This document shows positions 1 to 9,262 of a stretch of DNA of 64,000 nucleotides, in pieces. The notes under the pieces were generated by a model. The model saw only the letters and a list, made by a program, of their open reading frames with translations. It was not told the DNA's origin and made no database searches. The position numbers were made by a program, and so were the translations under genes. How positions within the stretch are numbered: the first letter of the stretch is position 1; every line of letters starts with the position of its first letter. The stretch is from Savitreella phatthalungensis (Eukaryota), in contig AP039702.1 in the NCBI GenBank assembly GCA_051599415.1, positions 1 through 64,000 on the forward strand, written 5' to 3'.

Positions 1-74
1 TTATGTTTTTACACCTACTTCGTTCAGTTACGTATTGCTAAGGTTAAGACTACTTTCTGCCTTTGCGAGAACAG
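1..74 (+). other. Oxford Nanopore ligation adapter plus native barcode (NB06-type); sequencing artefact
   Basis: TACTTCGTTCAGTTACGTATTGCT (16-39, ONT adapter), AAGGTTAA flank (40-47), GACTACTTTCTGCCTTTGCGAGAA barcode (48-71), CAG start of right flank; lies outside the telomere array. Confidence 0.95.
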
Positions 75-188
75 ACCCTAACCCTAACCCTAACCCTAAC
101 CCTAACCCTAACCCTAACCCTAACCCTAACCCTAACCCTAACCCTAACCCCTAACCCTAACCCTAACCCTAACCCTAACCCTAACCCT
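75..188 (+). repeat. Telomere (CCCTAA)n / (TTAGGG)n, about 19 units
   Basis: Tandem CCCTAA at the contig end, one CCCCTAA variant near 147-153, degenerating to CCCTGA proximally. Confidence 0.98.
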
Positions 189-629
189 GACCCTTCACTG
201 CCATCTGTTAAATGCTGTCATCTGTTAAACACTGCAACATCACTTGATATATATCATTCCTGCACTGTCACTTGTTGTTTGAACACCTGGCCCCTGCCAC
301 TGACTCTGTCTCTGCTTGTTGTAATTATCACCTACTTGGCCCTGGTCTCATGCTGGCACCTGTTGTGCAACTCAATCAACTGCAATGTCACATGGCATGC
401 ACTGTTACCTCCATTGTTGCTTGTCAAATTCATTGCGTGCACTGTGCTGTGCCCTTTCCTCCACAACTCACTTTAAATCACTCTCACTTGCTTTTCTTGT
501 ATGTCTTGTGCACCATCGCATGTACTTGCCACTGTCATGCACTGTAATCTGTCCACTATGTTGTGTCTGTGCCTGTCTGTGCTCCTTGTATGCCTCATTC
601 TACTACCTAGTCTGTGTTTTATCTGTGAT

Positions 630-858
630 GGCTGCTACTGCTACCACACTGACTACTTCTGACATTCCCTTCACTCCTTTGAATACTGCCACTACTACAG
701 CTACTGCTGCATTCACTGCTGCTGCCGTTACTACTGCTGCATTCATTACTCCTGCTGTTCCTACTACTGCTACTGCCACTACCACTGCTGCTGCCGCTGC
801 TGCTGCTGCTGCTGCTGCCGCTGCTGCTGCTGCTGCTACTGTTTCTACCGCTGCAATC

Positions 859-923
<65 letters not shown>

Positions 924-975
924 CACTGCTGCTGCTGTTTCTACCGCTGCAATCACTGCTGCTGCTGCTGCTGCT
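630..975 (+). repeat. Subtelomeric (GCT)n/(ACT)n microsatellite with internal duplication
   Basis: Long GCT runs with residual GCC units; GTTTCTACCGCTGCAATCACTGCTGCTGCT occurs at 841 and 937. Confidence 0.9.
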
Positions 976-1001
976 GGTGGGCATGCTACAAATTTGTATG
1001 C

Positions 1002-1087
1002 TGCAGTTTGGAATGCAGTTTGGGATGCAGTTAGGTCCAAGTTGAGCGTGTGCCGCAGTTTGGCTTTGCAGTTTGGGATGCAGTTAG
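1002..1087 (+). repeat. Degenerate ~12-bp minisatellite (TGCAGTTTGGGA-like)
   Basis: tgcagtttggaa-tgcagtttggga-tgcagttagg, then gcagtttggctt-tgcagtttggga-tgcagttag. Confidence 0.7.
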
Positions 1088-2082
1088 ATTCATCCCTAAC
1101 TGTTGACTTACAATCAGGGATGCCATGCAGTGTTTTGTCCCTAACTTCATGATGCAATCTGGCTCTTCTGAAAACAGCTTGGGATCTTTGAATGGAATAT
1201 GATTCGTTCAGTAAACGCTGCATGACCTTCTGCCATGGACCGTGAACCTGCCTGGCCCTAGGCCTACGCTGCTGCCTGCACCGTCCCTGCAACTGTCAAC
1301 TTCATGCAACGTCAATCGAATGCAGTGCCGTTTCCCATGCATTGGCGTTTGCATCATTGCTAGCCACACTTCATATTCTGCAATGTCAACTGTCTGAAAC
1401 GATTGACTGCACTGTGTCTGTTCCATGCACTTTGTCATTTCCGCTCACACCTGTGTCCTGGACTGTCAAATGCTATTGTTGCGTGTACCATACACCATTA
1501 ACTGACTGTCACATAGATCATCCGAGCTTTGACCCGCTTGGAATCTTTGCATTGTATTTGAGCATCTTTTGTGCCTTGTAAAACCCACTGCTGGCGCAAC
1601 GGCTGGTCAATGTGCGTTGTAGCCCATCTTTGGCAGGACTGCCTTGACTTTGCCGGCCTATATCTTAGGATACAGGCCTTTCTGGAACATCAGCGTAGTC
1701 CTTGATGACCGCCTCAGAAAGTACTACACATTGGGCTTTGAATTCCCAGTCTAGATGCGGCTAACCGTCATCCGCTACAACTAAGAACGACAATTCTGGG
1801 GCTAAAGTGACATAATGTAGGCTGAAGAATTCCGATATCATTTCCACTGATTCAGAATACAACGCTTTGCACTGGCAGACCTATGAAAAGTTTTAAAATT
1901 GGAAACATTTGGTACCTGCGCCACAACTGCGCCACATTACGCTAGGTCGACTATTTGGAAGGCTGTGTGTCAATGTGTGTCCTGCAGCTGCGGGCCACGA
2001 TCTAGACGTACAGCTTCTTCTCGCGTGCTGACGCAGATACAAGACGCGACAGAACCGCCTTTTCACCTTCGTACGCAGCAGG

Positions 2083-2457
2083 ATGCTCGAGACAATTATA
2101 TCCCTGTCGTTTGTGCTGGCCTGTGGCTTTCTCTTGGTCATTCTCAGCTGCGCTCTGTACAACAATTGGTGGCCGCTTCTGGTCGTGGCCACATACCTGT
2201 TGGCGCCGCTGCCGAACATTGTTTGTGGCCGTCTTGACACAGGGGACTTATATGGAGAGGAGAGTAATCCCGCGCGCGACGTCGGCAGATTCCTGACAGG
2301 GCTGTTGTGTTTGACCGGCTTGGCACTGCCTTTCATGCTGTATCACGTTGGAGAGATCACGCAGGCGGCCATGGGCATGTCCATCGCTGGAGGCTTACTC
2401 ATCTACGGCAGCATCATCGCTTACAGCTCCTTCTTCGCTCCTCAAGAGGAATACTGA
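2083..2457 (+). CDS. VPS55: Vacuolar protein sorting 55 (Vps55/OB-RGRP family)
   Basis: 124 aa, four hydrophobic helices; IISLSFVLACGFLLVILSCALYNNWWPLLVVATYLLAPLPN is typical of Vps55. Confidence 0.9.
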   Translation: MLETIISLSFVLACGFLLVILSCALYNNWWPLLVVATYLLAPLPNIVCGRLDTGDLYGEESNPARDVGRFLTGLLCLTGLALPFMLYHVGEITQAAMGMSIAGGLLIYGSIIAYSSFFAPQEEY

Positions 2458-2541
2458 AACCATCTATCAGATACCGAGCATCTTGTAAAGAGGCTGCTGT
2501 CGGCTGCTGTCAACATTGCGTCCTAAGACGCCTCCTGCCGC

Positions 2542-5163
2542 TTAGCCGACTTCGAAATGGGCGTCTCCGATCGCAAAGTGACCTGCGCCAGGCAGGAAGT
2601 CGAAATCAAATGTCCTCGATTGTCCGCGCAGTAGCTCAGTCTCCAGTATGCGGCTCCCGAGAAGGCGTAGCGTGGTCTTGATCGGTAGTCGCAGTCGACA
2701 TGCTGCCAATGCGCTAATTTCGACGTGCAGGCTTTCACGATCACCGCGAATGTCAACGCGATATAGCTGCTTGTAGCGCTGCAACATCTCGTGCGACATT
2801 CGAATTGCTCGCGTGTTCACGATCCCGCGAGACCATGTTGCCGAGAGGCTTGCATGTAGCGCCTCGTTGTACCAAAACAATTCCAGCTCGTTTGCTGAGG
2901 TTTGTGAAACCACGTACTGCTGCATGCCAACCGCGGGTATCGGACGTGTCGCGTCGACCCAGGCGGGTCTGAGCGGCAAGACGACTCGCTTCGTATGCGT
3001 CCGCATGCGGATGTCCTCGATGCGCCACTCGATGTCGAACGGTCGATCGAGGTCGATGATAAGTAGAAGTGGCAGCCTGTGCTCAAGCAAAGTCTTGAGT
3101 TGATAGTCGCATTCCGCGGGTAGCACATCTCGTGAGTAGAGTCGGTCGCGCGGGAGAGCAGATGCCGAGATCACGTTTACGGAAGGCGCGACCTCGAAAG
3201 TCAATTTGCATGTTGCTGAGCGCTGAGCGTAAGCGATCCGCAGCGTCGCCTCATTGAGATCAGGCCGTGCCAGAATCTCAATTACCAGTCTACCAGCTTC
3301 GAGACTCACAAATTGGACGACCGGTGATTGTAGCATCAAGCCTGCCGCGTGAACTTCCCACGCTGACCCTTTCCGGCTTCGAAGCGCGCTCGTGGAATTG
3401 TCCTCCGCGAACATGCGCACCTCCTCAACTTGCACGGTAGTGTCATTGATGACGGCCAAGGTGATCTGTCGTCGTTCCCAGGCGAACATCTCAAAATGCC
3501 CACCCTGAATCGTTAATTTTGGCATCGCAGGCCAAATGTCTATCACTACCTCCGCGAAATCCTCTCTGTGTTGAACGCAGCCATGCACAGTCACCAGGCA
3601 ATGACTCACCCTGAGCTGTCCTTCTACTGGGAGGAAGGATAACAAGATAGTGCGATGCGATTGAGGCGGTAGCAGAGTTCTGACTGGTAGATCGACATTC
3701 AAACCCTCCAATAGAAAGTCCGCGACCTCGACTTCGAAGACGAAAGCATTGCGCAAGGTGACAGCGATTTCTGCAGGCTCACCGGCCACGCAAGGCCCGA
3801 ATCTGACGTCCTCCACGAGCTTTCCCCAGAACGGGACAGCTAACGGCTGTTCGAGCTTGCGCGCGGTGGTCGCCAACCGAGAGAGGTGTGCGCGCATCGC
3901 TGTTTGGCGTTCGCTGTCCAAGTCCGGCGATAGTCTACGAGAGACAAGCGCAGCCGCGCGATCGAATTCGGACAGTGCTTCGGCCAGGAGCAGCTCGAGC
4001 TGATACGACTGCTCTGCAAGGTCACCCTCCATTCTGTATTCTTGTCGGCCCAAGGGCATACAAACGCGGGCGAATTCTCGCACTGGAACAACATCCGTCA
4101 TTCCAAGCAACGCCGCTGCGGATGGGTGCATTCCTGTACGCCGTGCTGCCTCGGCACGCCGTGATATTAGCTCAGGTGTGAGGCTGAGTAGTAGCTCTTG
4201 TTGACAGGCGGCGGCCTTCCGATTGAATCTGATCGCATTGTACAGGTATGCGCAGATACTGAGGAGCACGCACTTGTCTGCAACAGAAAGTCCGCGCGCA
4301 ACAATGTTGCCTTTAGTAATCCATTCTGCAACCTCAAGCCTGTTTCGTTTCCTCCTCCAGTGAGCAAAGCGCAGGAACGCCATTCCGTACACGAGGCCCG
4401 GCACAGGCTCGGTCGATGACAGGCTGCGTTCGTAGCTACCGATTGCATCCATATGGAGTCCCTCTACCTGTCCGTGTGCGTGTGCGACACCGAGCTCGTT
4501 CAGCAGCACGACGGCTCTCGCCAGCCCCTCTGTTGCCGAGGCGATCCAGAGATAATCGTTGGCGGTTCTCAAAACCGGCAAGACTTCGACATATCGCCTT
4601 GCAGCCTCGGACACAAATCCGTAAGTGGCGTAGACGTCTGCCACTGCTTTTCCGACGCGCGCACGACCCTGGGGGCGGGCGCCCGTCTGGGATACAGTCT
4701 TTTGGACGGGCGTTGTGGGACGAGACTGGGCACGCGATAGCGTCGGTCGAGGTAGTGGCGAGCTTAGTTGTGGAAGAGCATCGAGTGCCCGTAGTCGGGC
4801 ATCAGCAGTCTTGAAGTGTTCATTCATGAACTCACAAACAGCGCCGCGGACTTCTGAAGCCACCGTGAGGCCCGCAGCCACATGTTTACCAATTACAAGT
4901 GTCAAATGAGTCTGCCGCCAGGGCTCGAAGTCGTGCAAGGCAGTTGAACGATCGTCGCTCGTTGTGTATGCCGGCAGAATGCAACCCATAGGGAAGGTGC
5001 GGGTGTCGAGGAGCAGTCCCGATGAAGACAGATCTCCGAGAGGAATCTTCGAGGGCAAGAGCCGCGCGACTTGCTCATAGTCACTGTCGGTCAGACCCTC
5101 CGCTCTTTCCAGCCGAATGCGCAACCGACAAGGCCAGGTATAGCTGAGCTCATCTGCGCTCAT
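2542..5163 (-). CDS. TRS120: TRAPP II subunit Trs120/TRAPPC9 (shortened)
   Basis: 873 aa; DFEPWRQTHLTLVIG, GRARVGKAVAD, NDYLWIASATEG, FNRKAA and VTLRNAFVFEVEV segments resemble TRAPPC9/Trs120. Confidence 0.75.
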   Translation of the reverse strand: MSADELSYTWPCRLRIRLERAEGLTDSDYEQVARLLPSKIPLGDLSSSGLLLDTRTFPMGCILPAYTTSDDRSTALHDFEPWRQTHLTLVIGKHVAAGLTVASEVRGAVCEFMNEHFKTADARLRALDALPQLSSPLPRPTLSRAQSRPTTPVQKTVSQTGARPQGRARVGKAVADVYATYGFVSEAARRYVEVLPVLRTANDYLWIASATEGLARAVVLLNELGVAHAHGQVEGLHMDAIGSYERSLSSTEPVPGLVYGMAFLRFAHWRRKRNRLEVAEWITKGNIVARGLSVADKCVLLSICAYLYNAIRFNRKAAACQQELLLSLTPELISRRAEAARRTGMHPSAAALLGMTDVVPVREFARVCMPLGRQEYRMEGDLAEQSYQLELLLAEALSEFDRAAALVSRRLSPDLDSERQTAMRAHLSRLATTARKLEQPLAVPFWGKLVEDVRFGPCVAGEPAEIAVTLRNAFVFEVEVADFLLEGLNVDLPVRTLLPPQSHRTILLSFLPVEGQLRVSHCLVTVHGCVQHREDFAEVVIDIWPAMPKLTIQGGHFEMFAWERRQITLAVINDTTVQVEEVRMFAEDNSTSALRSRKGSAWEVHAAGLMLQSPVVQFVSLEAGRLVIEILARPDLNEATLRIAYAQRSATCKLTFEVAPSVNVISASALPRDRLYSRDVLPAECDYQLKTLLEHRLPLLLIIDLDRPFDIEWRIEDIRMRTHTKRVVLPLRPAWVDATRPIPAVGMQQYVVSQTSANELELFWYNEALHASLSATWSRGIVNTRAIRMSHEMLQRYKQLYRVDIRGDRESLHVEISALAACRLRLPIKTTLRLLGSRILETELLRGQSRTFDFDFLPGAGHFAIGDAHFEVG

Positions 5164-5257
5164 ACCCCAGCGTCGCGCTCAAAGTTGTAGTGGAGCCGGG
5201 CGCACCCGTAAAAATGGATTCACATTAGTCCGCACAACAGGACATCACCGAACAATC

Positions 5258-5602
5258 ATGTCTCTAGACAACTTGAGCATCACCGATGCACCGAGGCCCT
5301 TCAAGAGTTCGTCTTTCGTCCGCAAACATAATCGTAATCGTCCGCTGAAACAGCTTTTGGCCGCTGATGCGTCTGTCACGCGGCCGGTCAATGTGCCGAC
5401 ATTCAACAATATCGAAACCCCTCCGTCGCTCCAGCCGCAAGGCAAGTATTGCGACATAACAGGGTTACCGGCTAAGTACACTGATCCTAGAACGTCCCTA
5501 CGCTATCATAACGCTGAGGTCTATGTCATTGTAAAAGGAATGAGTGTCGACGCTGCACAAGCCTTTTTGACACTCCGGCGTGGGCAGATCGTACTCAAGT
5601 GA
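5258..5602 (+). CDS. IES6: INO80 complex subunit Ies6 (YL1-C domain)
   Basis: PTFNNIETPPSL..KYCDITGLPAKYTDPRTSLRYHNAEVY motif. Confidence 0.92.
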   Translation: MSLDNLSITDAPRPFKSSSFVRKHNRNRPLKQLLAADASVTRPVNVPTFNNIETPPSLQPQGKYCDITGLPAKYTDPRTSLRYHNAEVYVIVKGMSVDAAQAFLTLRRGQIVLK

Positions 5603-7424
5603 TCGGCAAAATGACGAGGCTCCTGTCATCACAAGCGATTGCTAGCCCGTGAGGGCTAGCTGCGAGCGAGTTTATGCTTGCTCTGCAAGGCCAAGCTTCA
5701 GAAATGACTCGAAAGTTCTGGACCGTCAGGACACGACCGTCCTCTAGGCCAACGTAAATTCTATCGGCTCTGCTGGTGACAGCGGTCGCGCTGCCAACGT
5801 CGACATGCTCCTCGAGCTCAAGTAGTCCTCGCCACACCTTCAGACCGTCGCGAGAGACGGTGAGCACGCGATCGTCCCACCAGCAGCCATCCAGGACGGA
5901 TCGCTTATGTGCTCGCTGCACGCTTGCAACCTTCGTGCCATCCAGCTCGAACAAGGCGATACTTCTGTCTCTAGAACATGTCAGCATATGACGAGAACCA
6001 AATGCAATCGCTGTGACTGTCAAGTTGTGGCCTCTCAGCTGTGCGATTTCATCAAACGTGTCCAGAGAGTAGACTCGAACGGCTGCTTGATCCGGCGTTT
6101 GTGCCCGGCAACTGGTCGCAGCGAATCGTCCGTCTGGGGAGACTGCAAGCGCTGCGCATGCATTACCATGTCCGTAAAGTTTCGCGAGCTCGGCGAATAG
6201 AGTGTGCCGCTGCAAAGAGTCCTCTGTCATACTGAGCGGACCTTCTTCGGTTTCTTCGGATTCTTCGCCACCCTTGTTTGATAGCCCGAGCAGCGGGACC
6301 GCAGCGGCATCTGGCAGGTCCGTAATGTCGTAGCTCAATAGATCTCCGACTGTTTTCGTCATCTGAAAGACTCTAAGAAGCTTTTCTTCGGCGGCAGATA
6401 CAAAGCGCGTTGTGGAGACAGCGCGAGCCGAGACGAGATCGTAGCCGTGAACTTGTGGTCGAGCGACCTCTCTCCAACCCGCTAGATTCGCCCACAAACG
6501 AGTCGTCTGGTCCGTCGATGAGGTGAGTACAGCCGAACCAGCCCAAGACACGCTACGAACGGCGGATGTATGGCCGCCGATGCCGGGAATCGCTTTACCA
6601 TCTCGCCAAAACCGGATTGCACCCGTTCGATTCCAAGCGTACACAAGTTCGCCGGCAAAGCCTGCGCCCCAGAAGCCGCCGACGCTGCCCGTTGCTGTCG
6701 TGCTGCCTTTTGCGGACACGAGCCCGAGCTGGCTGTCGACGCTCCAGACGCCTTCGAATTGTCGCCAAAGGACGACGGCTGAATCAGCTCCCGCGGTCAA
6801 AAGTCTGTTACCTTGGAATCGACAGGACATGATCCAGTCTTCATGCGCGATCAGAAGAGCCTCGAACTGCGCCTTGCCCTCAATCACGCGCCATAATCGT
6901 GCCGTTCGATCCTGCGAAGCACTCGCTAATAAGCCATCCTCTGACCAAGCGACATCGCGCACCCAGTCCTCATGACCTCGTGGTGAGTCGAGTAGTTGTC
7001 CCTCGAGGGTGAAAATGTCAAGTCCAGCTGTAGATCCGACAGCGAGTATGCCATTTTTGAGTGCGAGAGCCAGAGGGCGGTGTCGACCGAGCGAGATCTC
7101 TCGCTCAAGTTTGTAGTCCTTGTAGATGTATAATTTGCCATCCAGGCACCCAACAACCAGGATGCCTGCATCGTAGGAGAGAGCAGAGCAAGGCTTTGGT
7201 ATCTTGAGGCGCACATCCTGTCCCCAGACTATCACTTCTGCTGCTCCAGAAATCAGTGTGCTGCCCGCCCACAGTACCGCGGTAACTTCTGTTGTATGGC
7301 CGTGATGCAACTCGAGCAGCCCTTCCTGGTATATAGCTACGGCACGACCCGCACCATACGCTAGTTGCCCTTGCGACCAGTCCGCGGCGTGTGTCAGGGC
7401 ATTACAGCCTGCCGCAATGAACAT
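5595..7424 (-). CDS. ELP2: Elongator subunit Elp2 (WD40)
   Basis: WD40 repeats; EVARPQVHGYD, EEKLLRVF, VPLLGLSNK, KLYGHG signatures; likely ATG at 7424 (MFIAAGCN). Confidence 0.9.
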   Translation of the reverse strand: MFIAAGCNALTHAADWSQGQLAYGAGRAVAIYQEGLLELHHGHTTEVTAVLWAGSTLISGAAEVIVWGQDVRLKIPKPCSALSYDAGILVVGCLDGKLYIYKDYKLEREISLGRHRPLALALKNGILAVGSTAGLDIFTLEGQLLDSPRGHEDWVRDVAWSEDGLLASASQDRTARLWRVIEGKAQFEALLIAHEDWIMSCRFQGNRLLTAGADSAVVLWRQFEGVWSVDSQLGLVSAKGSTTATGSVGGFWGAGFAGELVYAWNRTGAIRFWRDGKAIPGIGGHTSAVRSVSWAGSAVLTSSTDQTTRLWANLAGWREVARPQVHGYDLVSARAVSTTRFVSAAEEKLLRVFQMTKTVGDLLSYDITDLPDAAAVPLLGLSNKGGEESEETEEGPLSMTEDSLQRHTLFAELAKLYGHGNACAALAVSPDGRFAATSCRAQTPDQAAVRVYSLDTFDEIAQLRGHNLTVTAIAFGSRHMLTCSRDRSIALFELDGTKVASVQRAHKRSVLDGCWWDDRVLTVSRDGLKVWRGLLELEEHVDVGSATAVTSRADRIYVGLEDGRVLTVQNFRVISEAWPCRASINSLAASPHGLAIACDDRSLVILPIT

Positions 7425-7492
7425 GTTGTTGGATGTCCTGAGCACACCGTAAAAATATCCCTGCGTTCCAAACGATAATTCTGCCTGACGAC

Positions 7493-8623
7493 ATGCCCAA
7501 CCATGATGCGACGTATCCACCTACCAGACACAAGGCTCAGCGAACCGTGAAATACAGACTCAAGATAAGTGAGCTGACCGTCGCACGAGCAATCTGGATA
7601 CTCGTTGTCACCTACTGCGAATCATATGTCTGGTGGGCAAGCTTCTACAGTTGCCGAACAAAGTCATGGACTCAGGCTGACCACAGGCTTGCGCTGATCG
7701 GTGATCCGCAGCTTGTCGACGAAAACACGTACGCTCGCCGAGGTCTTGCTCTTCGCCTGACCCAATTCTTTACAGACCTATACATGCGCCGCAACTACAG
7801 AATCATGTTCAGTGTACTCGATCCGACAAAGACCATCTTCCTCGGCGATCTTTTCGATGGAGGCCGGGAGTGGGCGAACGAGAAGTGGGTCCGGGAGTAC
7901 GACCGCTTCCGTTCAGTCTTTCCGGCGCGTGACACAGTGCTTGATGCACTACCAGGAAATCACGATGTGGGCATTGCGGACGGGATCAAGCCTGATGTAC
8001 TAGCTCGCTTTGCACAACATTTCGGCCAAAGCTCACAGCTAATTCACGTTGGTGAGTGGGACCTTGTGCTGCTTGACACAGTGTCTCTTTCGAGCAGCGA
8101 TCCTGAGGTGAATCACGAGGCGCTGACGTTCCTCGAACACCTACCCCCTCCTATTCGCCCGCGAGTACTGATCAGTCACGTTGCGCTTTACCGCGAGCCA
8201 GATACTCCATGCGGACCACTCAGAGAATCACCTCAAGGGATTCTAATACAGCAGGGATACCAGTATCAGAATGTCCTACTTCCCGACCTGAGTGAGCGTA
8301 TTCGCAACCGTGTCCAGCCGAAAGTCGTCTTTGCGGGAGACGATCATGACTATTGTGATTATGTTGGTCCGGGCGATGTGCACGAGATCAACGTCAAATC
8401 GTTCTCCTGGGCCATGGGGATTGCCAAACCTGGCTTGCAGCTGGTGGAACTCAAGGGTCAGACTTACCACACGGAGCTTTGCTTGCTGCCACACCCGCTC
8501 CATTACTTCGCATGGTATGGTTTGCTTGGTCTGGCAACAGCGGTGTTCTTCCGCACGCAGCCCCGGCTGCTGCTCCATGTTACCTGGCCTGCATGCCTGG
8601 CATTTGTTTTCTTCACATGGTAG
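7493..8623 (+). CDS. CDC1: Mn-dependent metallophosphoesterase Cdc1 (GPI remodelling, MPPE1/PGAP5 family)
   Basis: GDPQLVD, FLGDLFDGGREW, PGNHDVG, GYQYQN, GDDHDYC motifs; N- and C-terminal TM helices. Confidence 0.88.
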   Translation: MPNHDATYPPTRHKAQRTVKYRLKISELTVARAIWILVVTYCESYVWWASFYSCRTKSWTQADHRLALIGDPQLVDENTYARRGLALRLTQFFTDLYMRRNYRIMFSVLDPTKTIFLGDLFDGGREWANEKWVREYDRFRSVFPARDTVLDALPGNHDVGIADGIKPDVLARFAQHFGQSSQLIHVGEWDLVLLDTVSLSSSDPEVNHEALTFLEHLPPPIRPRVLISHVALYREPDTPCGPLRESPQGILIQQGYQYQNVLLPDLSERIRNRVQPKVVFAGDDHDYCDYVGPGDVHEINVKSFSWAMGIAKPGLQLVELKGQTYHTELCLLPHPLHYFAWYGLLGLATAVFFRTQPRLLLHVTWPACLAFVFFTW

Positions 8624-9236
8624 TGATGACAATGAGCAGGAAAGGGAAAGCCTGCGGGCGACCTTCTCGTTGGAGTGTCATGGTGAATGGCCGGGTGATC
8701 TCGATGCTGTATTTTCCTGCACAGATTCGAATCATCTCTTCTGCTGTGATGCCGTGACGTTCGACTCCCTCCATTTTATCCTCTGGGTGGAATGCTCGTG
8801 AAGTCGCATGCCGCTCGTAATCGACGATCACAGTGCCCTTGCTAACGCAGCTCATGAGCAGGTCGATACAACTTGCCATATCAGCGATGTGGTGGAACGT
8901 GACTGTTGAGACACACCAGTCGTGCTTCTCGATCTGAGATGACTCCGTCAGAAGGATGTTCCGCACCGCGATCTGGTTAGATCCGGCCTGGTCTATTTTG
9001 CTCTGCATCACATCACACATGCCTTTCGATGTGTCGACCCCGAGCCAACTGCACGCATGCTTGAAGAGATGATCACCGTCGACCTCGCTGAAAGGCATCA
9101 GGCCCGTACCACTGCCTAGCTCAAGCACGGTCTGTCCACGAATGATATCGGCTATCGCTCTAGCAGAAGCTATGTTGATGTCGCGGATGTCCTGATTATT
9201 GTCCCAGTCGGCAGCCTCCTTGTCGAATCTGTCCAT
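8613..9236 (-). CDS. Class I SAM-dependent methyltransferase, copy A
   Basis: VLELGSGTG motif I, GVDTSKGM, TFHHI; paralog of the adjacent gene. Confidence 0.85.
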   Translation of the reverse strand: MDRFDKEAADWDNNQDIRDINIASARAIADIIRGQTVLELGSGTGLMPFSEVDGDHLFKHACSWLGVDTSKGMCDVMQSKIDQAGSNQIAVRNILLTESSQIEKHDWCVSTVTFHHIADMASCIDLLMSCVSKGTVIVDYERHATSRAFHPEDKMEGVERHGITAEEMIRICAGKYSIEITRPFTMTLQREGRPQAFPFLLIVITTM

Positions 9237-9262
9237 GATCTGATCGGTATGCTATGGTACCT

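Noticed and set aside
63..476. ORF with LTLTLT/PNPNPN repeats
   Set aside because: Translation of barcode and telomere repeats
385..1292. Poly-Ala and poly-Ser ORFs on both strands as genes
   Set aside because: Open because of the GCT triplet array; no recognisable domain
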